Notes: generated by a model from the letters alone, not told the origin. A stretch of DNA of 64,000 nt from Terriglobia bacterium (GCA_963664115.2 CAXWPJ010000006.1:1-64000), one strand, 5' to 3'; shown: positions 32,198 through 43,859, counted from the first letter of the stretch. Program-made: numbers and translations.

Positions 32198-32938
32198 ATG
32201 CGAAGAACAACCTATATCCTGCTTTCCGTGTTTCTTATGGGCGTAGCCGGGCTCACCTTCGCGCAGCCCGCGCAAGAGCCTGCAGCAGAGTCGCCAGAAT
32301 CAGTGAGGCTGCTTTTCCGGGAGGACTTCCAAGGGCAACAGCCGAACGACGTGGCGTCCCGGATTCCGCTTACAGAGCAGCACGGGACGAATGTCAATCT
32401 GGAGTTGAAACTGTACGGGCCCGGTGCGAAAGCGGCCCCCGACCATGAGTCCGGACTCCTCCTGCAGCAGGCGGAAGACGCAGCGCGACCGGGAGAGAGC
32501 GTCGGCTATGTTTGGTCGGGCGCCACGGAAGATCGTTGGGGCGTCATGCTGAGAGATCGCAACAATTATTTCGACCTGCGGGGACCCGCCAAGATTCGAT
32601 GGCGCACCCGGGCTAGGAACTTGCATCAGCTTCGCCTTGTCGTAAAGCTCGCCGACGGGACCATGTTGGCGGCAGACTATGTAGAGCCTGAAACGTCATA
32701 TTGGCGTGAAACTGAGTTCTACCTTGTCGACATCCCTCGCTGGCGGGCGCTGGATGAAACGCGGATGGCTGTATCTGGAGATTCCGCGTGGAAAATGAAT
32801 GTAGACTTAAGCCGTGTCGACGAGGTCGGCTTCACCGACTTGATGAGAGGGGCCGGTTTTGGGACGGGGGGAAACAGCGGCGTTGACTGGATCGAAGTTT
32901 CCGGGAACCTCGTAAGCCGCAGTACCTCCGGAAACTAG
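32198..32938 (+). CDS. Hypothetical secreted protein
   Basis: RBS GGAGGG, signal peptide, 246 aa. Confidence 0.75.
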   Translation: MRRTTYILLSVFLMGVAGLTFAQPAQEPAAESPESVRLLFREDFQGQQPNDVASRIPLTEQHGTNVNLELKLYGPGAKAAPDHESGLLLQQAEDAARPGESVGYVWSGATEDRWGVMLRDRNNYFDLRGPAKIRWRTRARNLHQLRLVVKLADGTMLAADYVEPETSYWRETEFYLVDIPRWRALDETRMAVSGDSAWKMNVDLSRVDEVGFTDLMRGAGFGTGGNSGVDWIEVSGNLVSRSTSGN

Positions 32939-33014
32939 TCGGTGCAGACAGGACAACGGTTCCTGGCTGACGGTTGACGAAGCTGTCCGGTTAGAGATCG
33001 TCGTCGTCCTGAAC

Positions 33015-33049
33015 TGGTTTGAAGAACTGAAGGAAAGGGTGCCGATTCC
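33015..33049 (+). repeat. Orphan accessory motif B without core site
   Basis: TGGTTTGAAGAACTGAAGGAAAGGGTGCCGATTCC. Confidence 0.85.
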
Positions 33050-33102
33050 ATAGGTTCCTTCTTCGGGATTCTCAGGGAACGATCCCGTTGTGGGATGAGG
33101 GG

Positions 33103-33468
33103 CTATCCACCGGCCTTCTTTCTACGAGCCCAAACGGCCTTCATCTTCTGCGACAGGGCTTTGCGCTGTGCCTCGCTCATCTTCTTTGCTGCCTTCTTCG
33201 CCGACGCGGCCTTCTTCTTAACGACCCTCGTCGCCTGCTTCGTTACAGCCGTCGCCTTTTTGGTGACCTCACGCTTCACACCCTTCATTGCGCGCTGCCG
33301 CTTCTTCTTAGCAGCCTTGCCCGCTCGGCGGGCACGCCGGCGGCTCCGTGGCGCGATCATGTCGGCAAGTCGAGCACGAAGCTTGGTAATCTGGGACTCA
33401 AGCAGGTCACGCTCCGCCGCAAGCCCCTTCAGGGCATATTCAAGGATATTACGATCGGTTGTCGCCAT
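33103..33468 (-). CDS. Small basic Lys/Ala-rich putative nucleoid/DNA-binding protein
   Basis: RBS GGAGGTGA; N-terminal coiled coil and KKAA-rich tail ending MKAVWARRKK. Confidence 0.75.
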   Translation of the reverse strand: MATTDRNILEYALKGLAAERDLLESQITKLRARLADMIAPRSRRRARRAGKAAKKKRQRAMKGVKREVTKKATAVTKQATRVVKKKAASAKKAAKKMSEAQRKALSQKMKAVWARRKKAGG

Positions 33469-33707
33469 CTCCGCTCACCTCCAAAGCACCACTGACTCTA
33501 CGCAGTACGGGGAACGAGCGCAAGGCGAAGTGGCAAACGAAGGACTGACGGGTCCAATTGCGTTCCAGGCAAGCGAAAATAAACGCATCGAATCTCACTG
33601 TCCGCCATCGTCGTTTATAAGGAATTGACCTTCTGATTGCCAACAAACCCCACCTCTAGTATCGTTTGCCGAGTTTTTCACGGTTCGTTTCGACGCACAC
33701 TAAAACG

Positions 33708-33779
33708 ATGGAATCAGGCACACAACTCGGCCACTACGAGATCCTGTCTGCCCTCGGTAAGGGTGGAATGGGAGAAGTG
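33708..33779 (+). pseudogene. N-terminal fragment of a Ser/Thr protein kinase
   Basis: MESGTQLGHYEILSALGKGGMGEV, after which similarity stops. Confidence 0.75.
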
Positions 33780-33970
33780 GGCGACGCGAACGGATTTCCC
33801 GGTGCTCTACGCCCTATAAAGCGAGCTTATAGCAAGCGACGGAATCGCCACACGCTCGCCCGAATCTTCCCTAATCTTCATTGCGAAAGTGCTCTTATTT
33901 TGCCTATTATCTGGAACCCCTTCCATGTTCGCACAAGGCGACATTGGGGGTTTGGACATACGGAGTTCTG

Positions 33971-36900
33971 ATGCAGAGACGCGCTTTACTCAAGACCGGT
34001 GGCCTTGCCGTGCTTGGCCTCAGTGTCGGCGGACCGGGGGGCCGCGCCTCGCGGCTGGTGCGCTTGCCGAGGCCCTATACCAACCTCATGCCGTTCATAG
34101 CACAAACGGCGAGCAGTGCCCTCGAAGGGGAGTGGGTGGGCGGCTTTCAGATTGGGGAAATCTCAGGCTATCTCCGTTTCGACGTTGTTGCTGAAGGAGA
34201 GCAACTTCAAATCGTCCTCGCCGCCGTAAACCCGGCGAGCCCGCAAGGCTCGGCCCTACGCGATCTGAACCACGACGAATCCGTGGTCCGCTTCGTTCTC
34301 ACGCTCGGCACCGAAGTATTCCCCTTTGAGGGACAGCTCCAGGGCGATTCTTTGGTCGGGATGGTCCGCTCGGGCGTTCAAGAAGGCTCTTTCGATCTTA
34401 CGCGGACCCGGTCTCAAGCCCAATACGATCCCGCCTTCTTCGGCCGCTATGAAGGAGCCTACGAGATTGCCCCGAACCAGCTTATCTTCGTGCGCAGGAA
34501 CGATTATCTGAGCCCTCAGGCGCCCTATGGATTCGACCGCACCCGGCTCTTCTATATGGACGAGTCTGGCAACAGTCGCTTCCTCTACCCTTCCTCCGAC
34601 AACACATTCTTCGCCGGCCCGACCACCTTCGTCCCCACCCCGATCGAACGGACCCTCGAATTCGTCAGCAACGCAGAAGCCGAAGTGATCGGCATACGCT
34701 GGCGCGACCGAGGCGAGCCGGAACGCTTTGTCCCCAGGGCCACCGTGTACCGCGACGAGGAAGTCCGCTTCCGAAATGGTGACGTTGACTTGGCCGGCCG
34801 CTTGACAGTTCCCGAAGGCAGAGGTCCCCACCCCGCCATCGTACTCGTCCATGGCTGGGGTAACCGTACTCGAAACGCCGATTACTTAATCGTGGCCGAC
34901 GTCTTCGCTCGCCACGGGATCGCTGCGCTGGTCTACGACAAGCGCGGGACGGGGGGATCGGAAGGTGACTGGCAGCAAACATCCATCTCCGACCACGCAG
35001 ACGACGCGCTCGCTGCCGTCCAGCTGCTCCAAGGTCGTAGCGACATCGACCCCGGCCAGGTTGGCATCTTTACCACGAGCTTCGGTGGCCTGGTGACCCC
35101 GCTTGCCGCTTCCCGCTCCAAGGATGTTGCTTTCCTCATTCTCACGGCTTCCCCGGCGATCTCGCAGGCGGAGCGAACTCCATACATCATGTTACCCATC
35201 CTGCGTGGCCTGCAATTCTCGGAAAACGAAATCGAGGAGGCAGTCGCCTTCATGAAACTCGAAGCCGAGTTCCTTATGACCCGCAACAATTGGTCCGTGC
35301 TCCGCGAAGCCATCGAGCGAGCGCGTGGGACGAGATGGTTTCCCGAAACTCAGATTGGAACCGCAGGTGCAACGACCGAGGATCATCCGTTCTGGGAGAG
35401 CGCGCAGGGCGATTCTACCTACGATCCTCGCCCGGCACTCCGGCAGCTCACTCGCCCCGTGCTCGCCATCTTCGGCGAGTTAGACGAGGCGGTAACCGTT
35501 GATCCCAATCGCTCAGTGCTCGAACAGATGTTACGTGAGGGCGAACACCCTGACTTTACGATCCGGGTCCTCCCGAACACTGGTCACGGGATGGGTTTCC
35601 AGGAGGGCAGCAGAGCCGCCCGTTCTAGGCCCAAAACAAGCGCATAACCAGTCCGCCGAGGCCCAGTTCGCGCCGATAGAATTCGAGGCATAGAATCCCG
35701 TTCCCGGATGGCCTGTTCCAGGTATCGAGTTTCTGTTGAATCTGTTTCAGTTCAGCCTCGCTGGTGTTGGACGGTTGACAGAAACCGGGACCTCGATCGC
35801 CCGGGCTCAGAGTCATGATCGGGTCAACATCGCAGAGGCTGACGCAACACATCCACCCCGCGGAACAAGACCGGCAACCACCGGTTCCAGGCCAGGATCC
35901 GGAACAGAATGCGCCGCCCGGTGCGCACGAGTTGGCACGGCACAAGCATGAAAGCGTTCAAGAAGGTTTTGAACTCCATGCGCAGCACGGTTTGCTTCTC
36001 AGCCTGATATTTTTGGCCCCAACGTCCGGTTTCGGGAAGCAGCAATGCAAACCACGCTTTCAGTGTCCAGGCCAGTGACGCGATCACCATGTAGGCCCAG
36101 TTGCTGGTCTGATCTCCGACCGGCATCCGCAACGCCTGAACGCCGTTCTTCAACTGCTCAATGAGATTCTCCTGATTGCACCGTTGATTGGCACGCATCA
36201 CAATCTGGTCGGCCGGATCCGAACGGTTGGTAATGTAGAAGAAGTACCGGATGTCGTCAAACAACACCTGCTCTCCTTTGGCCACCGACAGATTCTTCCG
36301 CACCACGACGACACGGTAGTCCCGATCGCAGGCTCCGGGTCGATACCGAAACTCGGCCACATCCTCACCCTGCAAGCGGATATTGTCGAAACCGCGCTGC
36401 CGAACGATCTCTTCCTTCACGTTGTCGGGACGTTGGCGCGGTTCGGTCGCCACGTCGTATTTCGCGGGCCGTTCCAGGCGCTTCCACTGGCGCGGCTCCA
36501 GTTCATCGGCCCGGGCCTTCAGGTTCGCCATCGCGTCAATCCCGAATATGAAACCCACCTGCTGGTCGTCCCATCCGTCCAGATGCCGGGTCTGGCTGAA
36601 GTCCGTGTCCCCGCGCAGCAGGATCTGGCGAAACCCCGCATGCCGGCACAATGCGATGGCTTGGTCGAACCGGACCGCGGCTCCTTCATGCGACGGCCGG
36701 TTGCCGCTACGATTGACCAGATACAGCGGTTCGGCGGTGTTGGCCAGCGAGATCATCAGCGGGTGATATCCCCACGTCCCGTCGTAGGCCACGTCCATCC
36801 CTTGCTTGCATTCCCCCGTGGTTTCGGCCAGTGTCCCGTCCGCGTCCAACACCGCTTCTTCGAAAAACGCCGCCGGTTGCTGTCGCCAGACTCCGAGCCG

Positions 36901-37548
36901 GACTTGATTGGTTGCCTCCATCAGACACTCCACGTCGTCGGCCTCGAATCTCCGGCAGAAGTCTCCCGCCGTCGTCGGATCCGGAATCCGTTGCGCTCCC
37001 AGCGCATCCAGATACACCGCATCGTTGCGCCGCAGTTCGATGTCTTCCAGGCACGTTCCTCCGCTCAAGGCGTTGTAGGCGATGTTCAGCACGTGATCCG
37101 ACTCGTGATACGGCAGGTGCCGCTTCAACACATGCACGCCCTTGTCGATGGCTTCGATCAGCCCGGTCCGCCGCGCCACCAGTTGCATCGTCCCGATACC
37201 ACCAACCGATGTGCCCCGCGTCCGCTCTCCCATCTCGTACTGAATGTTGCTCGCCGAAAACATCGGCTCTACCTGATCCGTCCAATGCCGGTCCCCAAGC
37301 CGACGTTCGATTCGCCGCTTGCGGTTCCTCATGTTCTTGCGCGTATAATCGTTCATCTGAAATGCCTCCTTTTCCGAAGAATCTGTTCAAGGTTTTTTTC
37401 GCACGGAGAGGGGGCATTTCGGGTACTTCCGCTCTTATTGCACTATCATTTCCTCGTCAATCACCCTTGTTCAGGGTCTAGGTACGCTCCGGACTATTTG
37501 GACACGATGATCTCTTGGCTGCTCGAGCGCGTGGAAGTCAACCGGTGA
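33971..37548 (+). pseudogene. Alpha/beta hydrolase (S9/S15-like) interrupted near its 3' end by IS1380
   Basis: Motifs HGWG, YDKRGTG, TSFGG, GELD and GH. Removing the IS restores …RSRYAPDYLDTMISWLLERVEVNR*. Confidence 0.85.
35629..37477 (-). mobile_element. IS1380-family element; transposase 35824-37356; CTAG TSD
   Basis: Protein identical to the 28853-30385 copy; 1849 bp. Confidence 0.92.
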
Positions 37549-37620
37549 TTGGAGCTCCCCTCTCGTTGATTCCACCGCCAGCGCCGCTGCTGCTTTACGC
37601 TCCCAAATCAACATCGACCC

Positions 37621-37702
37621 TGGTTTGAGGAACTGAAGGAACGGGTGCCGGTTCCCTGATTTTCAAGGTCAAGTCCTGATAAATCATCTTGTCGGAAGTT
37701 GA
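37621..37702 (+). repeat. Motif B (37621-37655) plus 34-bp site copy 5 (37669-37702)
   Basis: TCAAGTCCTGATAA ATCATC TTGTCGGAAGTTGA. Confidence 0.95.
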
Positions 37703-37756
37703 GAAAAAAGAAGGGAAAATTTCTTATCGAGTCCCAGATAATCGTAGTTAGGCCAG

Positions 37757-39654
37757 ATGAACTGCGAAACGATCAGACGAGCGTACAACTCTGATTCCGC
37801 ACGGATAATTTCGCTCATAGCCGACGTCTATCGAGAGTACGGCGACGAGATCTATCTAGAAGGAGCGGACAAGGATCTAGTTGATATTGAAGGATATTAC
37901 CGACAGGTAAGCGGGGATTTTGTCATATTGGAAAGGAATGACGAAATCGCAGGAACGCACGCCGTACTCCCGCTTGACCTAGCGAATCGCGTCATAACCT
38001 TCAGACGGCTGTACCTTCGGCAGGAGTTGCGTGGGTCGGGTTGCGGAAAGCGGTTGATGAAATGGGCAATCGATTGGTCGATGCGCGAAGGCTATCACTC
38101 AGTAGAGTTTTGGTCTGACATGCGATTCCAACGGGCACACAGGTTCTTTCAGCAATTAGGTTTCACGAAAGGGGATACTGAGTTATTGTCAAAAGTGGTG
38201 TTTAGGAGATTGATTCAAGCGGCGGCCTGATCGACTTGTGTCGCTTCGACACCATCGTTGAATTTCACTCCGATGATTACCTTGCTCAGATCATCGAATC
38301 CTCGTAATCGTCGCCAATTGTTCTCAGCGCACTGGCCCAGTTTGAACATCATGTGCAGCATGCCATCCCGTGTCAGGCAACCTCTGGATCGCTTCGTTCG
38401 GTGTCGAATGGTGGCAAAGGTCGACTCAATGGGATTCGTCGTTCTGATGCTCTGCCAGTGCTTGGCCGGAAAGTCGTAAAAGGCCAGCAGTTCCTCTCTG
38501 TCTTTCTGCAGGCAGAGTGTGGCTTTCGGATACTTCGGTTCATAGGTTTCAATGAACAAGTCGAATGCCTTCTCGGCGTCTGCCTTCGTCTCGGCCTGCC
38601 AGATCGAGTGCAGGGCCTGTTTCGCCTTCGCCTGGACCGACTTGGGCAGGCAGTTGAGGACGTTCATGACTTTGTGCATCCAGCAACGTTGTTGACGTGT
38701 CTCGGGATAGATTTCCTCCAGTGCGGCCCAGAACCCCATCGCACCGTCACCGATGGCCAACTTCGGAACATTCATCCCACGGGACTTCAGCTTCAACAAG
38801 ACCTCGCGCCAACTCTGTGTCGATTCCCGTACACCGTCTTCGATCGCCAGGAAACGCTTCTCTCCGCGTTCATTCACGCCGATCACGACCAATGCACACA
38901 ACTTGGTTTGTTCCGCCCGAAGTCCGCTGTAGATGCCGTCGGCCCAGACATAGACCCAGCGATCTGCATCCAAACGCTCCTCGCATCCGAGGCGGTACTG
39001 TTCGCCCCAAACCTGTTTCAACCGCGATACCGTGCTCGCCGACAGACCCTGCGCCTGGGGACCGACAAGAACTTTTAGGGCCTCACCCATCTCGCCGCTG
39101 GAAACGCCTTTCAAATACAACCACGGCACCGCTGCTTCCAGCGACTTCGTCTTCCGAATGTACGGTGGTACCAGGGCCGATCGGAACGTCACAGCTTCGC
39201 CCGTCTTGGCACGGACCTTCGGGATTTGGACTGTTACCGGACCCAATCCCGTCTGCAGTTCGCGTTCCGGCAGATAACCGTTGCGTACCACCCCGGCGTT
39301 TCCTGTCTCAGTTCGCCGGCCACCGTGCTGGGATAGCAGCTCTGCCAATTCGGCTTCCACTGCGCGTTGGATCAGTTGCTGTGCCCCAACTCGTAGTAGT
39401 TCTGTTACTGGATCCTCAATCGTTTCTCGACCTTCCGGTCCATTCACGTTACTCTTGCTCACAGTGGCGTATCTCCTATGGTTGCTTTGAAGTTTTGTCA
39501 CAACAAATCAACCAGATACGCCGCTCTTATTCAATCCCTCAAACACCAGATTCGGTTATAACTCGGGGATACTCGGAATATGACAGATGGAGCCATGCCC
39601 TACTCAGAGTATCGATTCTCAATGAACTTGTTTGGGCAAAATAATATTGCCTAA
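37757..39654 (+). pseudogene. GNAT acetyltransferase interrupted by IS256
   Basis: RRLYL..ELRGSG.GKRL motif; a 167-aa ORF is restored by removing the IS and one TSD. Confidence 0.88.
38180..39564 (-). mobile_element. IS256-family element; transposase 38215-39501; 9-bp TSD GGGGATACT
   Basis: Termini and TSD seen directly. Confidence 0.97.
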
Positions 39655-39776
39655 CACGGGATGCAGTGGACGGCCTTCCGCTGGCGCTCCAGGCTCCACG
39701 GGTGGTCGAGGTCCACGTTTGGGGCCTAACAAGCCGCTGCAGCTGGCGGGGCCGGCAAAAGAGGTGAAAATGATTC

Positions 39777-39810
39777 TCAAGTCCTGAGAAATCATCTTGT
39801 CGGACGTTGA
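39777..39810 (+). repeat. 34-bp site copy 6
   Basis: TCAAGTCCTGAGAA ATCATC TTGTCGGACGTTGA. Confidence 0.95.
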
Positions 39811-39841
39811 GAATTGCGCGATCCCCCAAAACCGTGTGCTT

Positions 39842-40063
39842 ATGCAGTTTTCCCGATTTCCAAAATCGACTGAGAAGCGATGGTACTTGAGTGTGCTTTG
39901 TGCGAAATGCCACTCGCCGATTTTGTTCGGTCTGGATCGAACCGAAGGACGCGGTCCGTTCGAGCCGCTGGCACAGCTGTTTCTCACCTGCAGCGAATCT
40001 GAATGCGGGCATCGCTCTGATTACAGTGCGGCGAAGGTATCTCCATACCAGAAGAATCCGTAA
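39842..40063 (+). CDS. Small Cys-rich (zinc-ribbon-like) hypothetical protein
   Basis: CAKC and C….CGH motifs; fills the 355-bp module between sites 6 and 7. Confidence 0.55.
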   Translation: MQFSRFPKSTEKRWYLSVLCAKCHSPILFGLDRTEGRGPFEPLAQLFLTCSESECGHRSDYSAAKVSPYQKNP

Positions 40064-40117
40064 TCTTCGAGGTGAGCGTTGGAGCTGCGAACGTGAACGT
40101 ATAAAACAGCCTGACGT

Positions 40118-40199
40118 TGGTTTGAAGAACTAAAAGAACGGGTGCCGATTCTCTGATTTTCGCGGTAAAGTCCTGATAAATCATCTTCTCGGACATTGA
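40118..40199 (+). repeat. Motif B (40118-40152) plus 34-bp site copy 7 (40166-40199)
   Basis: TAAAGTCCTGATAA ATCATC TTCTCGGACATTGA. Confidence 0.9.
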
Positions 40200-40329
40200 C
40201 CTTCGCGAAGAGCTGTTAAAGGCGCTCGGACTTTTCGTTTGCTGCTTCAACGGGTTCTCAGGACCCTCACGCTTCTCGCTCAACCTCCCCGGACAGTGTC
40301 CACAACATCCTCAGATTTGAAGTGCCCGC

Positions 40330-40585
40330 ACGGCCACACCAACCGACCCGACAACGGGAGCGACAGATGCGACGGTTCAAGTCGCCACGGCAGGCGCAAC
40401 TCTTCCTCTCAGTTCACGGTGTCGTTCTGAATCTTTTCCCGTTGGGAAGGCACAGACTAAAAGCGGTTCACCACCAGATGCTTCGGGCCCGTTCCTTTGC
40501 GACTTGGAATGCGGTCTCGGTAGGCTGATCGAGCGGCGCCGATCTGGCACAGGTTCGACCTTTGGACCCGTAAGTTGACAGTACC
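40330..40585 (+). mobile_element. IS6-family transposase 3' remnant with terminal repeat
   Basis: HQPTRQRERQMRRFKS..QAQ.FL motif; end AAGTTGACAGTACC. Confidence 0.75.
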
Positions 40586-40783
40586 TGGATGACCGTGCCT
40601 GATGCGATCGAGGCAATTTGGGTTGAGAACGGGCCATGGTCATGGGACTGATCTCGGCAAGGTCGGGACGAGGCTGATACACTTCGGACGGGACTCGATG
40701 GCCGTGCTAGGATCAACCTGTCAATGCCGGTCGCGGTTCTGCGGAGTGCCGTGTAGCAAGGAGTAGCAGGAGGGAGGGACGTC

Positions 40784-41830
40784 ATGCAGAAAATTCTAGG
40801 TTTCGTTGTCTTGTTGGCGATGCCCGTGGTTGTTGTTGGCGTATTGAGCGCCCAGAGCGAGCAATCGGCTAACGGCCAAGCATTGGTGCAGACTGAGCGA
40901 CCTGATTGGGCCTATGGCATCCCATTGGGGCCGCGTCCTCCCCGTCCGGAAGAGGATGGGACGGTCTTCAGCTTGCCCGATACTGACCGGACGTTCACGG
41001 CCACCCAGATTCGCGGTCGCTCTCCCGCCGACTGGTATCCCGACGACCATCCAACGCCGATGCCTGACATCGTTGCGAACGGTCGGACGGCAGAGGAGGG
41101 CGCTGTCGTGCGGGCGTGTGCGCTTTGTCACTACCCCAATGGGCAAGGGCGCCCGGAGAACGCTGGCGTCGCGGGCTTACCGGTTTCGTATTTCATCCAG
41201 CAGATGGACGATTTTCGCAACGATCTGAGGAATAGCTCAGAACCGAGAAAGAACAACGCTCGGACGATGACCCAAATCGCGAAGAACATGACCGAAGAGG
41301 AGATCGTTGCTGCTGCCGAGTACTTCGGCGCACAGCCTTGGAGGCCATGGGTCCGGGTCGTGGAGACCGACACCGTATTCGAGAGCTACACGCTGGGGGG
41401 CATTTATCTCCCAGTGGACTGTGAAATCGACATCTTCACGGAGTGCCAGGCTACTGCTGCTACGTCGGGCACTGAACCGATCGGGCTGCGTATCGTTGAA
41501 ACCCCGGAGAATATCGAGCACGCAGAGGTGCACCGTAATCCGAGGTCCGGCTGGATCGCTTATGTTCCGGTTGGTGCGGTCGAGAAGGGTAGGGCATTGG
41601 CCGAGGCCGGGCAGTGCAGTATCTGTCACGGTCCAGGTCTGAAGGGTCTCGGCCCCTTGCCTGGAATCGCGGGTCGGTCTGCCAGTTACCTCATGCGGGC
41701 GTTGTATGACATGCAGCAGGGCACGCGTAAGGGACTGTGGTCTGAGCTGATGACGCCGGTCGTTGCCGATCTCAGTACGGAAGACTTGCTGTACCTTGTT
41801 GCTTACGCGGCGTCCCTTGACCCGCAATAG
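40784..41830 (+). CDS. Di-heme c-type cytochrome (c4/c553-like)
   Basis: CALCH and CSICH, signal peptide. Confidence 0.9.
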   Translation: MQKILGFVVLLAMPVVVVGVLSAQSEQSANGQALVQTERPDWAYGIPLGPRPPRPEEDGTVFSLPDTDRTFTATQIRGRSPADWYPDDHPTPMPDIVANGRTAEEGAVVRACALCHYPNGQGRPENAGVAGLPVSYFIQQMDDFRNDLRNSSEPRKNNARTMTQIAKNMTEEEIVAAAEYFGAQPWRPWVRVVETDTVFESYTLGGIYLPVDCEIDIFTECQATAATSGTEPIGLRIVETPENIEHAEVHRNPRSGWIAYVPVGAVEKGRALAEAGQCSICHGPGLKGLGPLPGIAGRSASYLMRALYDMQQGTRKGLWSELMTPVVADLSTEDLLYLVAYAASLDPQ

Positions 41831-42224
41831 CTTCTGCTGGCATTGGCAAGTTGATCGATCGAGGATACTTTTTCACCAGAGTGCACATGTGCTTCCTGTC
41901 AGTCAGCAGACAGACGTCATCGCCACCCACTGGGCTGCGAAGCAGACGATGGTGAGCTGATCGAAGGTGTGGTCCGGCGTATGGGCTGACCGTTCATGCC
42001 CTTGCCCGCACGATGGCGTTGTACTCGTCGGTTGCCACCCGCAACGCCTCGTTGTCGGTGATGGGCGTCAGCGTGCCGTTGAACTCGGCGTACAGCCGGA
42101 ACGTGTTCAGCACGACCCGCCCCGCGTCCAGCCAGTTGGTGAACTTGCCCATGTTGAGCGGATAAGCGGAACAAGCGGGGTCTGACAACTATCAGAGCGC
42201 TGACGGTGTCGTAGATTTGCTTGG

Positions 42225-42258
42225 TCAAGTCCTGAGAAATCATCTTCTCGGACGTTGA
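42225..42258 (+). repeat. 34-bp site copy 8
   Basis: TCAAGTCCTGAGAA ATCATC TTCTCGGACGTTGA. Confidence 0.95.
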
Positions 42259-42587
42259 ACTTTTACAACCTAGGCCGGCATCAACCGAGCCTGCCGAGTC
42301 ATCCCCCAAAATCAACAACTTGGAACCGAGGCGGTGGGCGGAGTCGCTGTTGAGTTGCGTGAGGCGTGCTAAGATTTCTCCGAGGTGTGGCCAGTGGAAA
42401 GCATGCGTAAAGCCATAGTCGTTGTTTTGGGTTGCAGCTCTGCTCCTAAGTGCGTTCACAAGCCTCGATGTGGATTCTCTGTATGCCGTTCTAGCCCTCA
42501 CGTTCTGGCTGTACCTCACTGCCGTCACTCTCCGCTATAAACAAACCGAAGTCGAGGCGGCCAGTAAATGCTAGTAAGGAGAAGCGA

Positions 42588-43679
42588 ATGCGTAGCAGTA
42601 CGACAAGCGTGATTCTGGCGGTTTTGGTCGCAGCGCTGGTGCTCGCGTCAGGGGGCTTTGGCCAGACGCCTGAGTTGAGGCGTTCGTCGCCCACCGAGGC
42701 AACGCGATGGACGATTGAGCACATCGCCGGCGGCGTCTACAGGGCTATGAGCAACAACCACGGCACCGTCTTCCTGGTCACGCCGGAAGGCATCGTCTTG
42801 GCGGATCCGATCAACATTGAATTCTCGATGTGGCTGAAGGAGGAGTTCGCCGCTCGGTTCGGGGTCCCGGTCAGATACGTCGTCTACAGCCACTACCACT
42901 GGGACCATGCCTCCGGCGGGGACGTCTTCGCGGATACGGCCCGGTTTGTGGGTCATGCCAACATGCTCTCGTACCTGGCGATGCCGCCAGCGTCTACCAC
43001 GCTCTCGCAAGTCGTTGGGCAGTACGAGCCCGTGGCGGCGCTGGATACCAACGGCAACGGAGTGGTTGAGGAAAGTGAGACACCTGCGGACCTCCAGCGC
43101 TTCGCCGGCTCGAGCCAGAGCCAGTTCGAAGGATTCGACGCGAACGAGGACGGCGTGCTCAGCGGCGCGGAGGTTGTGCGCGGACCAATTAGCTTTGTGC
43201 GTCCTCCTGATATCACCTATACAGACGAGTTTCAGATCAACTTGGGCGGAAAACGGGTGAACCTGACCTGGGTTGGCGAGATGAATCACTCGAAGGACTC
43301 GAGCATGATCACCTTTCCAGACGACAGCGTGATGTTGATCGTCGACTATGTCTCGTTCGGGCGGCTTCCGAACAGGGAGATGGACTACGAACTCGGGATG
43401 TTCGAAGAGTGGATGGCTGCTATCAGTCAAACGGAGGAGCTAGCGGCAGACTTTGAGTTCGTTGCGACAGGCCACGGGCCGGTGGGCACCCGGGAAGACG
43501 TCAGAGCGTGGCGAGAGTACTTCGAAACACTCCGAGACGAGGTTGCCGCCGGCATCGCTTCGGGCCAGACACTGGAGGACATGCAACGAGACATCAAGAT
43601 GGAAGAGTACAGTCACTGGGGGGACTTCGATTGGGTCGACGAGAACGTCCTCGGCATGTATCACTTCCTGACCGATTGA
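42588..43679 (+). CDS. Metallo-beta-lactamase-fold protein with EF-hand-like insert
   Basis: SHYHWDH and TGHG; loops DTNGNGVVEESE and DANEDGVLSGAE. Confidence 0.85.
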   Translation: MRSSTTSVILAVLVAALVLASGGFGQTPELRRSSPTEATRWTIEHIAGGVYRAMSNNHGTVFLVTPEGIVLADPINIEFSMWLKEEFAARFGVPVRYVVYSHYHWDHASGGDVFADTARFVGHANMLSYLAMPPASTTLSQVVGQYEPVAALDTNGNGVVEESETPADLQRFAGSSQSQFEGFDANEDGVLSGAEVVRGPISFVRPPDITYTDEFQINLGGKRVNLTWVGEMNHSKDSSMITFPDDSVMLIVDYVSFGRLPNREMDYELGMFEEWMAAISQTEELAADFEFVATGHGPVGTREDVRAWREYFETLRDEVAAGIASGQTLEDMQRDIKMEEYSHWGDFDWVDENVLGMYHFLTD

Positions 43680-43766
43680 TGCTTCGGATATTCTCTAGCC
43701 TTCGGACACGCTACTGCCGGTGCCGTGAAGCGGCGTTCTATCCCCTCAAAAGCCTGAAATCTGTTT

Positions 43767-43800
43767 TCAAGTCCTGATAAATCATCTTCTCGGACCTTGA
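43767..43800 (+). repeat. 34-bp site copy 9
   Basis: TCAAGTCCTGATAA ATCATC TTCTCGGACCTTGA. Confidence 0.95.
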
Positions 43801-43859
43801 GAATTCTACAGGGGGTTAAGTGGCCCTCCTCACGAAGCCGTGACCTCAGCCCACCTCCA

